This document shows positions 18,281 to 28,117 of a stretch of 64,000 nt of DNA, piece by piece. The translations under genes and the position numbers were made by a program. The first letter of the stretch is position 1, and each line of letters opens with the position of its first letter. Source of the stretch: an uncultured delta proteobacterium (GTDB lineage: Bacteria > Desulfobacterota > Binatia > UBA9968); NCBI GenBank assembly GCA_963760795.1, contig CAVXEP010000013.1:160001-224000 (forward strand), given 5' to 3'. Below the pieces are notes generated by a model. It was not told where the DNA came from. It did no database searches and saw only the letters and a list, made by a program, of their open reading frames with translations.

Positions 18281-20308
18281 TCAACTGTCGCTTCCCGTTG
18301 TCGGCTGCAACTCCGTCAGTAGTTTCATCAGGGAGGTGAGTTCCACCGGCTTGACCAGGTGACCATTGAACCCGGCCTCTTTGGACTTTTGCCGGTCCTC
18401 GTCCTGACCCCATCCGGTCAACGCGACCATCACGATATTCTTGCCCCACGGTTGTTCGCGTATTTTGCGGGCCGCTTCATAGCCGTTTAGTTTCGGCAGA
18501 CCGATGTCGAGCAGGATGACGCCGGGACGGAAAGCTGTCGTCGCTGCCACCGCCTCGAGGCCGTCGTAGGCCGTGTGTGCCTCATGTCCGGTCATTTGCA
18601 ACAGTGTCGCCATAGAGTCCGCCGACATCCGGTTGTCATCGACAACGAGGATGCGGTAGCCGGTGGTCGTCGGCGCGGTGACGGTCTGTTCTGAAGGCGG
18701 CGGTTGAGCTGGTTTAATCGTTTCAATGACCGGCAGACGCACCACGAACTCGCTCCCCTGACCGACGCCGTTACTGTAGGCTTCCACGGTGCCGCCGTGC
18801 ATCTCGACCAAGTTTTTCACCAGCGTCAGACCGATGCCCAACCCGCCTACCGAACGCTCTAGAGAGGTATCTACCTGCACGAACATGTCGAAGATGCTGG
18901 GAAGCTTGTCGGCGGCGATGCCAACGCCACTATCCCGTACTCGGATAACCGCCTGCTCGCCCTCTCGCTTCACCGTAAGCGAAATGCGACCGCCTTGGTC
19001 GGTGAACTTGCACGCGTTGTTTAGCAAGTTGCCAATCACTTGAGCCAGCCGGGTCGGGTCGGCGTTCAGATACACCGGCTGCTCCGGCAGCGCGACCGTC
19101 AGTTCATGTTCCATGTTCTCGTAGAGCGACCGGGCGGCTTCGACGGCGTGATGCACAGCGGATGCCAGTTCCACCCGCCCGACGCGGAGTTCAATCTTGC
19201 CCCGGCTGATCCGGCTCACGTCGAGCAAGTCGTCCACCAGCCGCACCATCTGGCCGACATGACGTTCCATCATATCGGCAGCGGCTTGAACGTCTCTCCC
19301 GTTGCCCTGCTTTTTGAGCCGCATGATTTCCAGGGCGTTGCGAATCGGGGCGAGAGGGTTTCGGAGTTCATGGGCCAACAGCGCCAAGAACTCGTTTTTG
19401 CGGCGGTCAGACTCCGACAACTCGGCGGTGTATTGTCGCAGCGCGTTGGTCAAGCGCATGCGTTCGGATATGTCGATGAAATAACAGACCACACCGTACT
19501 GTCCATCAGGCAAGGCAATGCGATGAATTTGCCAGTCGTAGTATTCCCGCACCTTGCGGTCATAGCGCTCCTCAGAAAACTCAGGGGCGACATACGGTAC
19601 GCCGGTTTTAAGCGTGTGCCGGAAACGCGCGACGATTTCGTCGGCGGATTCGGGCGGCCACAGGATGTGGATGACCTCGACAAAGTCTCTCCCGATCAGC
19701 TCGCCGATGTCGCCGAAGGCCGGGCGGGCTGTCCGGCTCACCAGCCGGATGCGCATTTCCGCGTCCACCAGGTACATGCCGACAGGGGAGGCATCAAAGA
19801 GGGCTTCGAACCGGGATTGGCTGTCGCGCAGCGCCGCTTCCGTGCGCTTGCGCTCGGTGATGTCGTAAAAGCAATTGATTGCACCCGTGACTTCGCCGCG
19901 TTCGTTCTTGAGCGGACGAATGTTAACGATGACGGTAATCTGTGAGCCGTCGGGCCGCTCGATCTGCACTTCCGCGTCACGTGCGCCGTCTATTTTGCCG
20001 CTCAACACCTCGGACATTGGACATTGGTCGTGGGGCAGAAAACGACCGTCCGGACGGAATAACTTGAATGAGCCGCAGAACCGTTCGTCGGTATCTCCCA
20101 GCGCCGGGGCGCGGCCCCATAATTCAGCCGCGCGCCGGTTGAACTCCTGGATCACACCCGAGGCATTACAAGAATAGATGGCCACCGGACCCAGGTCGAA
20201 CAAGATACGATAACGCTCTTTGGTCTCGAACAGCGCAGCCTCGGACATCTGTGCCTGCACCGAGGAGCCCGGCAGCGCCTCGATTATCTCGCGCAGTTGC
20301 TGTTCCAT
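18281..20308 (-). CDS. PAS-PAS hybrid sensor histidine kinase/response regulator
   Basis: Two PAS/PAC domains, EFLALLAHELRNPL (H box), NLLNNACKFT, DSGVGI, GGLGIGL, REC domain ILVVDD..LLDIGLP..HLVKP. Confidence 0.95.
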   Translation of the reverse strand: MEQQLREIIEALPGSSVQAQMSEAALFETKERYRILFDLGPVAIYSCNASGVIQEFNRRAAELWGRAPALGDTDERFCGSFKLFRPDGRFLPHDQCPMSEVLSGKIDGARDAEVQIERPDGSQITVIVNIRPLKNERGEVTGAINCFYDITERKRTEAALRDSQSRFEALFDASPVGMYLVDAEMRIRLVSRTARPAFGDIGELIGRDFVEVIHILWPPESADEIVARFRHTLKTGVPYVAPEFSEERYDRKVREYYDWQIHRIALPDGQYGVVCYFIDISERMRLTNALRQYTAELSESDRRKNEFLALLAHELRNPLAPIRNALEIMRLKKQGNGRDVQAAADMMERHVGQMVRLVDDLLDVSRISRGKIELRVGRVELASAVHHAVEAARSLYENMEHELTVALPEQPVYLNADPTRLAQVIGNLLNNACKFTDQGGRISLTVKREGEQAVIRVRDSGVGIAADKLPSIFDMFVQVDTSLERSVGGLGIGLTLVKNLVEMHGGTVEAYSNGVGQGSEFVVRLPVIETIKPAQPPPSEQTVTAPTTTGYRILVVDDNRMSADSMATLLQMTGHEAHTAYDGLEAVAATTAFRPGVILLDIGLPKLNGYEAARKIREQPWGKNIVMVALTGWGQDEDRQKSKEAGFNGHLVKPVELTSLMKLLTELQPTTGSDS

Positions 20309-20379
20309 GGGTCATCGGCGTGTCGGCGTTGTTCATTTCGTTTTCCTTCCGCGCATTTAGCGCTTACGCGGGCGGGGCT

Positions 20380-20520
20380 TAGACCTTGTCCTCGCATCGG
20401 TTCGCCGATCACTAATCCCTTGGCGGAGATCTCGTAGGCGAACATATCGATGCTATGCGAGCTTCGGCGCATCTCTTGCGCCATCATGACTTTGCGCAAT
20501 TGCCCGTCGAACGAGAGTAG
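20380..20520 (-). pseudogene. C-terminal remnant of a KaiC/RAD55-like ATPase
   Basis: FDGQLRKVMMAQEMRRSSHSIDMFAYEISAKGLVIGEPMRG resembles the KaiC-family C-terminus (..KMR.S.HS....YEI...GL.IGEP); no upstream ATPase body. Confidence 0.6.
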
Positions 20521-20579
20521 CGTAGCGCGCCGACACCCTATTTACTATCCAGTTCACGGATTTGTTTAAAAGCGGTGAA

Positions 20580-20600
20580 CGCCGGTCTTAAATACCGGCG
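20580..20600 (-). terminator. Hairpin just after the SBP stop codon
   Basis: cgccggt-cttaaat-accggcg followed on the minus strand by ttcaccgctttt. Confidence 0.5.
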
Positions 20601-20603
20601 CGG

Positions 20604-21560
20604 TCACTTGCGCAGACCCAACTCCCGTTGGGCCTCGAACAAGGGCGCCAGGTCGGCAACTTCATTCAGGGGAATCTGCCGCGCCAGGTTCATCGACTTG
20701 CGTAATCCGTCCAGCACCACGCGCATGCCGTCTTCGGGAATGCTACCGTCGGCACTGAAGCTGCTGACGGCGGAATCGTAAGCCGCTGCGGCGAACTCCG
20801 GTTTGGACTTGGCCCAGCTGACCAGCACCTGAATGGTGCCGTCGCGATTCTTTAAAATATAATTGTTCGCCTTCAGCATCGCTCGCAGCACGCGCTTTAC
20901 CTCGTCGGGACGCTCGCTCAGCTTCTTCATGCCGGTGGCCAGGCCATTGTAGGGAAAACGAAAAATATCGCCGGCGCGGCTGATTATATTAAAGCCCATC
21001 CGTTTCGCTTCGAAATCCACCGGCGGCGCGACGATCATCACGTCGATGACGCCCTCCTTGAGGGCGGTCAAGCGCGCCGCGTCGGAACCGAGCGCCAAGA
21101 GCTTAATCTCGCTCTCCGGATCGATGCCATGATGCTTGACCACCATGCGCGCGATAATATCCGGCGTCGAACCATAAGAGCCGACGCCGATGGTTTTGCC
21201 TTTCACTTCTTTAACGGTCTTGATATCCGCTCGGCTGACTAACGACAGCGGCGTGCGGTCGAGGGAGCAGGCGACCATTTTCACCCGTGCACCTTTCAAG
21301 TTGGCGATGATTGCCGAGCCGATCAAGGTTGAATAATCGACATCGGCGCTCACCAGCGCCATGGTCGCGACATTGGGATTCATGCGGATGATTTCCGCAT
21401 CGATCCCCTCTTGTTTGAAGAAGCCGCGCGTCTGGGCGACGCCGACGGTGAGATTGGAAATATTGTAATTGGACACGCCGATCCTGACTTTGTCGGCAGC
21501 GTCAAGATCGGCCGCGAATATCATGGCGCATACAGCGACTAGAATCGTTCTTACCCGCAT
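20604..21560 (-). CDS. NMT1/SsuA-type substrate-binding protein
   Basis: AADKVRIGVS, GFFKQEGIDAEIIRM, VKGKTIGVGSYGS, GIDPESEI; gaggtg RBS. Confidence 0.9.
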   Translation of the reverse strand: MRVRTILVAVCAMIFAADLDAADKVRIGVSNYNISNLTVGVAQTRGFFKQEGIDAEIIRMNPNVATMALVSADVDYSTLIGSAIIANLKGARVKMVACSLDRTPLSLVSRADIKTVKEVKGKTIGVGSYGSTPDIIARMVVKHHGIDPESEIKLLALGSDAARLTALKEGVIDVMIVAPPVDFEAKRMGFNIISRAGDIFRFPYNGLATGMKKLSERPDEVKRVLRAMLKANNYILKNRDGTIQVLVSWAKSKPEFAAAAYDSAVSSFSADGSIPEDGMRVVLDGLRKSMNLARQIPLNEVADLAPLFEAQRELGLRK

Positions 21561-21684
21561 CAAACACCTCCGCTTGGTGTTGCTTGACAGCCGCGGCACC
21601 AGCCGATATTTGAGCTTAACATTGATGAGGTTTTATACGCGTACGGTTGTCGAAAGCAAAGCCCAATTTGGCTAGAGTGACTTC

Positions 21685-23103
21685 ATGGCCCACAACGATC
21701 TGCAAGAATATTTGACGCGCTTGGAAGCAGCCGGCAAGCTCCACTGGATCGAGCAGCGCGTCGACCCATCCTGGGAAGTGTCGGCGATCACCCGCCACAG
21801 CTTCGACCGCTACGGCTGGAACGACCGGCCGGCGCTGGGCTTTCGCCAAGTCGGCGTCAGCGAATTTCCCCTGGTGATCGGTGTGATCGGCGGCTCGCCG
21901 GAAATCTATGCGCTCGCGCTGTCGACGACGGTAGACAAAATTCCCGAAGTCTGGGAACGCGGACAGCGTCATCCGATCGATCCGGTGATCGCGCCAACTG
22001 GTCTGTGCAAGGAGATCATTATCCGCAGCTCAGCGATTGACCTCGGCAGCCTGCCCCAGGTGGTCTGGACGCCGAACCAAGATCCCGGACCGTATATCAC
22101 CGCGCCGGTGGTCATTACTAAAGATGCCGAAACCGGCAGGCGCAACGTCGGCACCTACCGGCTGCAGTTGAAAGGCGCCAACCGGCTCGGCTTATACGTC
22201 GGCGGCGCGCAGCACGCCGCGCGCCATATTCGCCAGTACGAAGCGCTCAAAAAGGACATGCCGATCGCCATCGCCATCGGCATGGACCCGACCATCGTGC
22301 TCACATCCATCAGCAAATTTCCCTACGGCACCGATGAGTTTTCCGTTGCCGGCGGCCTGCGCGGCGAACCGGTGCCGCTGGTGCAATGCGAAACCGTCGA
22401 TCTCCAAGTGCCGGCCAATGCCGAGATCGTTCTCGAAGGCGTGCTGCGCGCCGGCTATCGCGAACAGGAAGGCCCCTTCGGCGAATTTTCCGGTTACATG
22501 AGTCCCGGCGGCCAACAGCCGGTGATCGACATCACCTGCATCACTCGAAGACGCACGCCGGTTTATCATTCGTTTCTAAGTCAAATGCCGCCCAGCGAAT
22601 CGAGCTGCATCCGCAGCCTGAGCCGTTCCGCTGGATTATTTCACCACCTGCGCAACGTGCTCGGCCTGCCGGTGCAAGACGTCCACTTCACCGAAGCCGG
22701 CGGCGCCAGCGGCATGCTGGTGATCTCGATGAAGAAAGAATATCCCGAACAGGTCAAAGAAGTCGCCTGGGGCGCCTGGTCGCTAATGAACAAGGAAGGC
22801 AAATTCACCGTGGTGGTCGACGACGACATCGACGTGCGCAATCCCTTCCAGGTCGAATGGGCCATGGGTTTTCGCGCCCAACCGGCGCGCGATAGTTTCA
22901 TAGTCGACGGCGTGGTCCCTTCCGGCGTCGATCCGTCCACCGCCGCAGCGGACATTCCGCAACATGACCCGCGCCGGCGCGCCGGCAGCAAGATGCTCAT
23001 CGACGCCACCCGCAAACATCCCTACCCGCCGGCCGCGCGAGTTCCCAAGGAATTTATCGACAAAGCGAAACAGAAATGGTCCGAGTATGGCTTCAGCAAA
23101 TAA
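21685..23103 (+). CDS. UbiD-family prFMN-dependent (de)carboxylase
   Basis: NDLQEYL..LE, QDPGPYIT, RNVGTYRLQ, VPANAEIVLEG, EGPFGEFSGY, VVVDDDIDVRN, KMLIDAT. Confidence 0.95.
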   Translation: MAHNDLQEYLTRLEAAGKLHWIEQRVDPSWEVSAITRHSFDRYGWNDRPALGFRQVGVSEFPLVIGVIGGSPEIYALALSTTVDKIPEVWERGQRHPIDPVIAPTGLCKEIIIRSSAIDLGSLPQVVWTPNQDPGPYITAPVVITKDAETGRRNVGTYRLQLKGANRLGLYVGGAQHAARHIRQYEALKKDMPIAIAIGMDPTIVLTSISKFPYGTDEFSVAGGLRGEPVPLVQCETVDLQVPANAEIVLEGVLRAGYREQEGPFGEFSGYMSPGGQQPVIDITCITRRRTPVYHSFLSQMPPSESSCIRSLSRSAGLFHHLRNVLGLPVQDVHFTEAGGASGMLVISMKKEYPEQVKEVAWGAWSLMNKEGKFTVVVDDDIDVRNPFQVEWAMGFRAQPARDSFIVDGVVPSGVDPSTAAADIPQHDPRRRAGSKMLIDATRKHPYPPAARVPKEFIDKAKQKWSEYGFSK

Positions 23104-23116
23104 AAGTACGATTCTG

Positions 23117-23198
23117 TTCACCACGAAGGCGCGAAGGACACGAAGGTTTCTAAAACACAACACTCCGAACTTCGTGATCTTCGTGCCTTCGTGGTGAA
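23117..23198. repeat. CACGAAG/CTTCGTG (~9-bp periodic) inverted-repeat element
   Basis: ttcaccacgaaggcgcgaaggacacgaag ... tccgaa cttcgtgatcttcgtgccttcgtggtgaa. Confidence 0.9.
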
Positions 23199-23211
23199 AA
23201 ACGATTTTCCT

Positions 23212-24169
23212 ATGAAACTACCGGTCATCTTCACCCTTATGTTTTTCAGCCTCTGCCGGCCGGCTAAGCGCCGCCGACAAAGTCCGCGTCTCGGTGACCA
23301 ATTACAATATGAGCTATCTCGCCGCCGGCGTGGCTGCGAAGAAGGGCATTTTCAAGGAAGAAGGGATAGACGTAGAAATCATCCGCATGAACGCCAACGT
23401 GGCGATGTCGGCATTGATCGCCGGCGAGTGCGACTACACGATGATTTTCGCCTCGGTGATCCGCGCCGCCATGCGCGGCATTCCGCTCAAGGTCATCGCC
23501 GTGCTCATCGACAGCCCGCCCTATGCGTTCATCGCCAAGCCCGAATTGACCAACCTAAAAGCGCTCAAAGGCAAAACCATCGGCATCGGTGTATTCGGCA
23601 GCTCCAACGACGTGGTCGCGCGGCTGATGCTGGAGCGCTCCGGCATCGATCCCGACAAAGAAACAAAACTAATCGCCTTCGGTTCCGACGGCGCGCGCTT
23701 CGCGGCGGTCAAAGAAGGGTTGGTCGACGCCGCCATCATCGCGCCGCCGGCTGATTCTCAAGCACGTAAGATCGGCCTCAACGTCCTGGCGCGCGCCAAC
23801 GATTTTTTCAAGTTCCCGCACATCGGCCTCGGCACCAGCAGCAAAAAACTCAAAGAGAAGCCGCAGGAAGTGACTCAAGTCATCAAAGCGTTCATCAGAG
23901 CCAATCGCTTCATCCGCGACAATCGCCAGGAAGCTATCAACATCTTGGCCGACTGGGGCAAGACCCAACGCGAGGATGCAGTTGCGGCGTACGATTCGAC
24001 TTGGCAATTATTCAGTCAAGACGGCATGATGCCTGATGACGGCATGAAGCTGGTGATCGACGATGCCAGAAACGCCATCAAATTGAATCGCCCGGTGCCC
24101 ATCGCCGAAGTCGCCGACGCCAGTGCACTACGAGAAGCGCAGCGCATGCTTGGCATCAAAGCGAAGTAG
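23212..24169 (+). CDS. NMT1/SsuA-type substrate-binding protein; frameshift in the signal-peptide region (~23245)
   Basis: MKLPVIFTLM.. shifts into SAADKVRVSVTNYNMS..GIFKEEGIDVEIIRMNAN; clear paralog of 20604-21560. Confidence 0.88.
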
Positions 24170-24181
24170 GATGAAAAAGAC

Positions 24182-24267
24182 TTTTCACCACGAAGGACAC
24201 GAAGAGCACGAAGTTCGGACAAATTAATTCCGAAACCTTCGTGTCCTTCGTACCTCCGTGGTGAAAA
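24182..24267. repeat. CACGAAG/CTTCGTG inverted-repeat element (second copy)
   Basis: ttttcaccacgaaggacacgaagagcacgaag-ttcgga..tccgaaa-ccttcgtgtccttcgtacctccgtggtgaaaa. Confidence 0.9.
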
Positions 24268-24299
24268 CAATCTTCGCATTAAACTAGGAGAATTCACTC

Positions 24300-25409
24300 A
24301 TGGTCAACTTCATGGATTTCTACTACACCGGTCCCGACACACTGGCGGGACGCTATATGCGAAAATTTTGGCACCCGGTTTTTCGCGCGCAAGATTTGAA
24401 GCCAGGCTGGGCCAAGCCGATCAAGATTCTCGGCGAACAGTTTACGCTCTACCGCGGCGACGGCGGCAAACCGCATGTCGTCGACTTTCGCTGCCCGCAT
24501 CGCCAGTCGCAGCTATCCATCGGCTGGATCGAAGACGACTCGATTCGCTGCCGCTTTCACGGCTGGAAGTTCGATCAAACCGGACAATGCGTCGAACAGC
24601 CTGCCGAGAAAGAATCCTTCGCCGAAAAAATGCGCATCCGCAGCTGTCCGACCGAGGAATACCTCGGCCTGATCTTCGTCTACTTTGGCGCAGGCGCGCC
24701 GCCGCCACTGCCGCGTTATGCCGATTTTGAAAAAGATAATCTCTGGGCGGAAACCTATGTACGCCCGTGCAACTACGTCAACAATTTGGAAAACGACCCG
24801 ATTCACATTCCATTCACCCATCGGGAATCGGAATTCTACATGAACCGGCCGCCGGAGATTCCGGAAATCAGCGTCGAGGAAAGCGAGTGGGGCGTGCTGC
24901 TGCAATCGACTTTCCCTAGCGGCCGGCTGTACATCACACAGCACGGGCTGCCAAACATTCTCTGCTTCCGCGAACGCGACCGGGATCATTTGGCTTGGCG
25001 CGTGCCCATCGACGACGACAGTCATTGCAGCTTCCAGCTCGACGTCACCCATATTACCGAAGGCGACGAAGGCGAAGCGTACAAAAACCGCCACAAAGCC
25101 CGCGAAGGCAAGCTCGGCCGCTCGCCCAAAGAAATCGGCGAAGCGGTGCTGCGCGGCGACTTGCGCATCCAAGACATCGAGGGACCGGAGCGCTCGAACA
25201 TCGTCTGGATCCAGGACTACGCCACGCAGGTCGGCCAGGGGCCACTCGAACTGAGAAAAAAAGAGATGCTCGGCCGCTCCGACCGCGCGCTGATCCTGAT
25301 CCGGAAAATCTGGGAGCGCGAATTGCAAAATCTTGAAGCCGGCAAACCGCTCAAGCAGTGGCAGCGCACCGAACGGCTGGCGGGACTGCATTCGCAGGCA
25401 AACGATTAA
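24300..25409 (+). CDS. Rieske non-heme iron oxygenase alpha subunit (phthalate 4,5-dioxygenase/VanA-like class)
   Basis: TGPDTLAGRYMRKFWHPV, CPH..CRFHGW Rieske site, DPIHIPFTH mononuclear Fe site, WRVPIDD, QDYATQVGQG. Confidence 0.93.
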   Translation: MVNFMDFYYTGPDTLAGRYMRKFWHPVFRAQDLKPGWAKPIKILGEQFTLYRGDGGKPHVVDFRCPHRQSQLSIGWIEDDSIRCRFHGWKFDQTGQCVEQPAEKESFAEKMRIRSCPTEEYLGLIFVYFGAGAPPPLPRYADFEKDNLWAETYVRPCNYVNNLENDPIHIPFTHRESEFYMNRPPEIPEISVEESEWGVLLQSTFPSGRLYITQHGLPNILCFRERDRDHLAWRVPIDDDSHCSFQLDVTHITEGDEGEAYKNRHKAREGKLGRSPKEIGEAVLRGDLRIQDIEGPERSNIVWIQDYATQVGQGPLELRKKEMLGRSDRALILIRKIWERELQNLEAGKPLKQWQRTERLAGLHSQAND

Positions 25410-25475
25410 TTCCATGCGCCCACTTTGTCGCATTCGAGGCGTTATCTTTTTCCACCCGAAGAGCCTGCGCCTTGG

Positions 25476-25556
25476 TGATATTCTGTGCCGAGCACAAAGA
25501 ATTTCGCCTTCAAAACTCCCACGAAATGCTCGACGCTTCGCTGCGCTCAGCATGAC
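25476..25556. repeat. Degenerate REP-like element overlapping the SBP 5' end
   Basis: ..gacgcttcgctgcgctcagcatgac; related to gtcatttcgagcgcagcgagaaatct at 62761. Confidence 0.55.
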
Positions 25557-26490
25557 CCTATTGCTCGCCGAGATCCTTACCCTGGGTGGTTCCGCCCAGG
25601 CCAAAACCATCACTGTCGCCTACCCCTCGCCATCCTGGAACACTTCTCTGCCGGTCAGCACCGCGCGTGACTTCGGCATTTTCGCCGCCGAAGGATTGGA
25701 CGTACGACCAGTCTACGTGCGCGGCGGGCCGGTGGTCATGGCCGCTTTGCTGAGCGGGGAAGCCGATTACGCGATCATGGCGGGAGTCACGGCAGTCACG
25801 AGTATCTCGCGCGGCGCCGATGTCGTCATCGTTGGCGGCCACACGGCTTACATCGACCAAGTGCTGGTCGGCGCGAAAAGCGTAGCCAGGCTGAGCGACC
25901 TCAAAGGCAAAGTGGTCGGCGTCACCGGCGCCGGCGGCGTGACCGAGTTCGCCACCGTCGAAGCGTTGGCCAGGAAAGGATTCATCCGCGACAAGGACTA
26001 TAGCGTGATGTATGCCGGCAACAGTCCGGCGCGCGTCAACGCGCTTGAATCCGGCCTCATTCATGCCGGCGCTTTCTCCGCCAACGAAAAAGTCGTCATG
26101 GAGGAACGCGGCTTCCCGTTGCTCTTGGAAACCGGCAAGACCCTGCCGGAGTTCCCTTTCATGGTCGTCGTCACCTATCGGCAGAAACTCAAGACCAATC
26201 CCACAGAAGTGGTCGCGTTTCTGCGCGCCTTGCGCAACGCCATGAGCGTGATTCAGAGCGGTAAAGACAAAGTCATCGCGGCGGCGGCGAAAAAAGATCC
26301 CAGCGCTAACGTCAATGTGCTGCGCAAATCTTTGGACTACACGCTCGACAGCTTCTCCATCGCTCTCGGCAAGAAAAACATTCACGCCTTGGTTAGCGCC
26401 GCGAAAATCAACGTCAATCTCGACGTTCCTGGCGGCACGGAGAAGTTTTTCGTTGACGAGTTTCTCACGCGAGCACTCGGCGGCAAATGA
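25552..26490 (+). CDS. NMT1/SsuA-type substrate-binding protein (alternative start 25414)
   Basis: GGSAQA signal end, GIFAAEGLDV, LSDLKGKVVGVTGAGG, VVAFLRAL. Confidence 0.88.
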   Translation: MTLLLAEILTLGGSAQAKTITVAYPSPSWNTSLPVSTARDFGIFAAEGLDVRPVYVRGGPVVMAALLSGEADYAIMAGVTAVTSISRGADVVIVGGHTAYIDQVLVGAKSVARLSDLKGKVVGVTGAGGVTEFATVEALARKGFIRDKDYSVMYAGNSPARVNALESGLIHAGAFSANEKVVMEERGFPLLLETGKTLPEFPFMVVVTYRQKLKTNPTEVVAFLRALRNAMSVIQSGKDKVIAAAAKKDPSANVNVLRKSLDYTLDSFSIALGKKNIHALVSAAKINVNLDVPGGTEKFFVDEFLTRALGGK

Positions 26491-26520
26491 TAATGGTCGT
26501 TGGCAAATCAGACAAGAAAA

Positions 26521-26620
26521 ACTCCCCTGCCCCTCTTTGTCAAAGAGGGGTAAGTCACATTGCGCTGAAAACACGGCGCGACTCTTTCCCCCTTTGAAAA
26601 AGGGGGACCAAGGGGGATTT
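26521..26620. repeat. CCCCTTT..AAAGGGGG REP-like palindrome pair
   Basis: cccctctttgtcaaagagggg and ccccctttgaaaaagggggaccaagggggattt. Confidence 0.75.
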
Positions 26621-26665
26621 TCTTCGAGCGACGGCGTTACAACGAACCGAATGACGGTGGCACAT

Positions 26666-27610
26666 ATGAATAAACCCGAACTCAGCTTGATGATGACGCA
26701 CTATGACCGTACCCATGCGCTTTTCTCCGGCGCAGTAACCATCGAGGGGGCCAAGCTCAACGTTTGCCCGCCGCCGTTGCAAGGCGATGCCTGTTACAAG
26801 CCGGTCTACGAACAGTTCGACATCGCCGAGATGTCGCTGTCCTGGTACGTCATGGCGCGCCTGCGCGGCGAGCCGTTGGTTGCCCTGCCGATTTTTCCGC
26901 TGCGCATGTTCATCCAGCCCTATCTTTTCTGCCGCGAACCATCGGCGATCGAAAAACCCGAAGACCTTCTGGGTAAACGAATCGGCATCCAGCAATACCG
27001 CATCACGGTCGGCCTGTGGGCGCGCGGCATTGTCAAAGAACACCACGGCGTCGACTATACCGCGAATCAATGGATCACCAGCGAACCGGAAGGCGCGGGC
27101 TTTCAAACTCCCGGCAACATCAAACTCGAACTCACGGACGCCGATCTCGAGACGCTGTTGTTCGACGGCAAGCTCGACGCGCTGCTTTTGCCCAACGTGT
27201 CAAAAGCCTTTCGCGCCGGCGATCCGCGCATGCGGCGCGTCTTCACCGATTGCCGTGCAGCCGTCGGCGATTATTTTCAAGCGACCGGGATTTTCCCGAT
27301 CACCCACGCCATGGTCGTGCACGAGCGGCTGCTCGCCAAACATCCATGGCTCTGCCAGCAGCTCGTCAACGCATTCAACGAAGCTGATCGCCGCTGCCAG
27401 ATCGATTACGAGTATCCCAAGCGCTTTTCCTTCCCCACCGCGGTGCTTTTTCTCGAAGAGGAAGAGAAACGCTTTGGCAAGAACTCTTGGTCCCATGGGC
27501 TCGAACCGAACCGCAAGGTCTTGGAAAAGTTCGTCGCGTACGCCCACGACCAAGGCTATATTCCCTATCAACCGGCGCTGGAGGATATCTTCGCGCCACT
27601 GAGCGACTAG
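26666..27610 (+). CDS. 4,5-dihydroxyphthalate decarboxylase-like protein (SBP fold, no signal peptide)
   Basis: YDRTHAL..G.VTIEG, FDIAEMSLSWY, ALPIFPLRMF, PEDLLGKRIG..Y..T..LWARG, YFQATGIFPITH, HGLEPNRKVLE. Confidence 0.85.
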   Translation: MNKPELSLMMTHYDRTHALFSGAVTIEGAKLNVCPPPLQGDACYKPVYEQFDIAEMSLSWYVMARLRGEPLVALPIFPLRMFIQPYLFCREPSAIEKPEDLLGKRIGIQQYRITVGLWARGIVKEHHGVDYTANQWITSEPEGAGFQTPGNIKLELTDADLETLLFDGKLDALLLPNVSKAFRAGDPRMRRVFTDCRAAVGDYFQATGIFPITHAMVVHERLLAKHPWLCQQLVNAFNEADRRCQIDYEYPKRFSFPTAVLFLEEEEKRFGKNSWSHGLEPNRKVLEKFVAYAHDQGYIPYQPALEDIFAPLSD

Positions 27611-27645
27611 AATTCCGTCCGCATCGAATCATTGGAGGTTAGAAA

Positions 27646-28077
27646 ATGAAACTGACTCTCGACAAAGCCAACGTCATCGCCGACCAGACCCTAGCGAAAG
27701 CTCGCGATGCGAAATACCGTCCCATGTGCGTCGCCGTCTTAGACGAAGGCGGCTGCTTGAAAGTGCTCAAGCGCGAAGATGCCGCCAGCATCCTGCGCCC
27801 CGACATCGCCATCGGCAAAGCCTGGGGCGCCGTCGGCATGGGCGAATCGAGTCGCTCCCTAAGCGAGCGGCTCAAGGAACGTCCGGCCTTTCTCGGCGCC
27901 TTGGCGGTGATGTCCCAAGGCAAAGTCGTGCCGGTGGCCGGCGGCGTGCTGATTATGGACGGCGCTGACGGCAATGAAATAGTTGGCGCGGTGGGCGTCA
28001 GCGGCGGCACCGCCGAAGAAGACGAAGCCTGCGCCATCGCAGGCATCAAGGCCGCAGGCTTTGTCGCGAAATCGTGA
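27646..28077 (+). CDS. GlcG/HbpS-family heme-binding protein
   Basis: CVAVLDEGG.L....RED, IAIGKAWGA, GGVLI, VGAVGVSGGTAEEDEACA; ggagg RBS. Confidence 0.92.
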   Translation: MKLTLDKANVIADQTLAKARDAKYRPMCVAVLDEGGCLKVLKREDAASILRPDIAIGKAWGAVGMGESSRSLSERLKERPAFLGALAVMSQGKVVPVAGGVLIMDGADGNEIVGAVGVSGGTAEEDEACAIAGIKAAGFVAKS

Positions 28078-28117
28078 GTTGAAGTCACGCGCTTTGTGAT
28101 TGCTAGCGGTGCAAATG

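Noticed and set aside
23117-24267. CACGAAG repeats as a CRISPR array
   Set aside because: Units are 8-9 bp in inverted arms with no unique spacers, and no cas genes are present.
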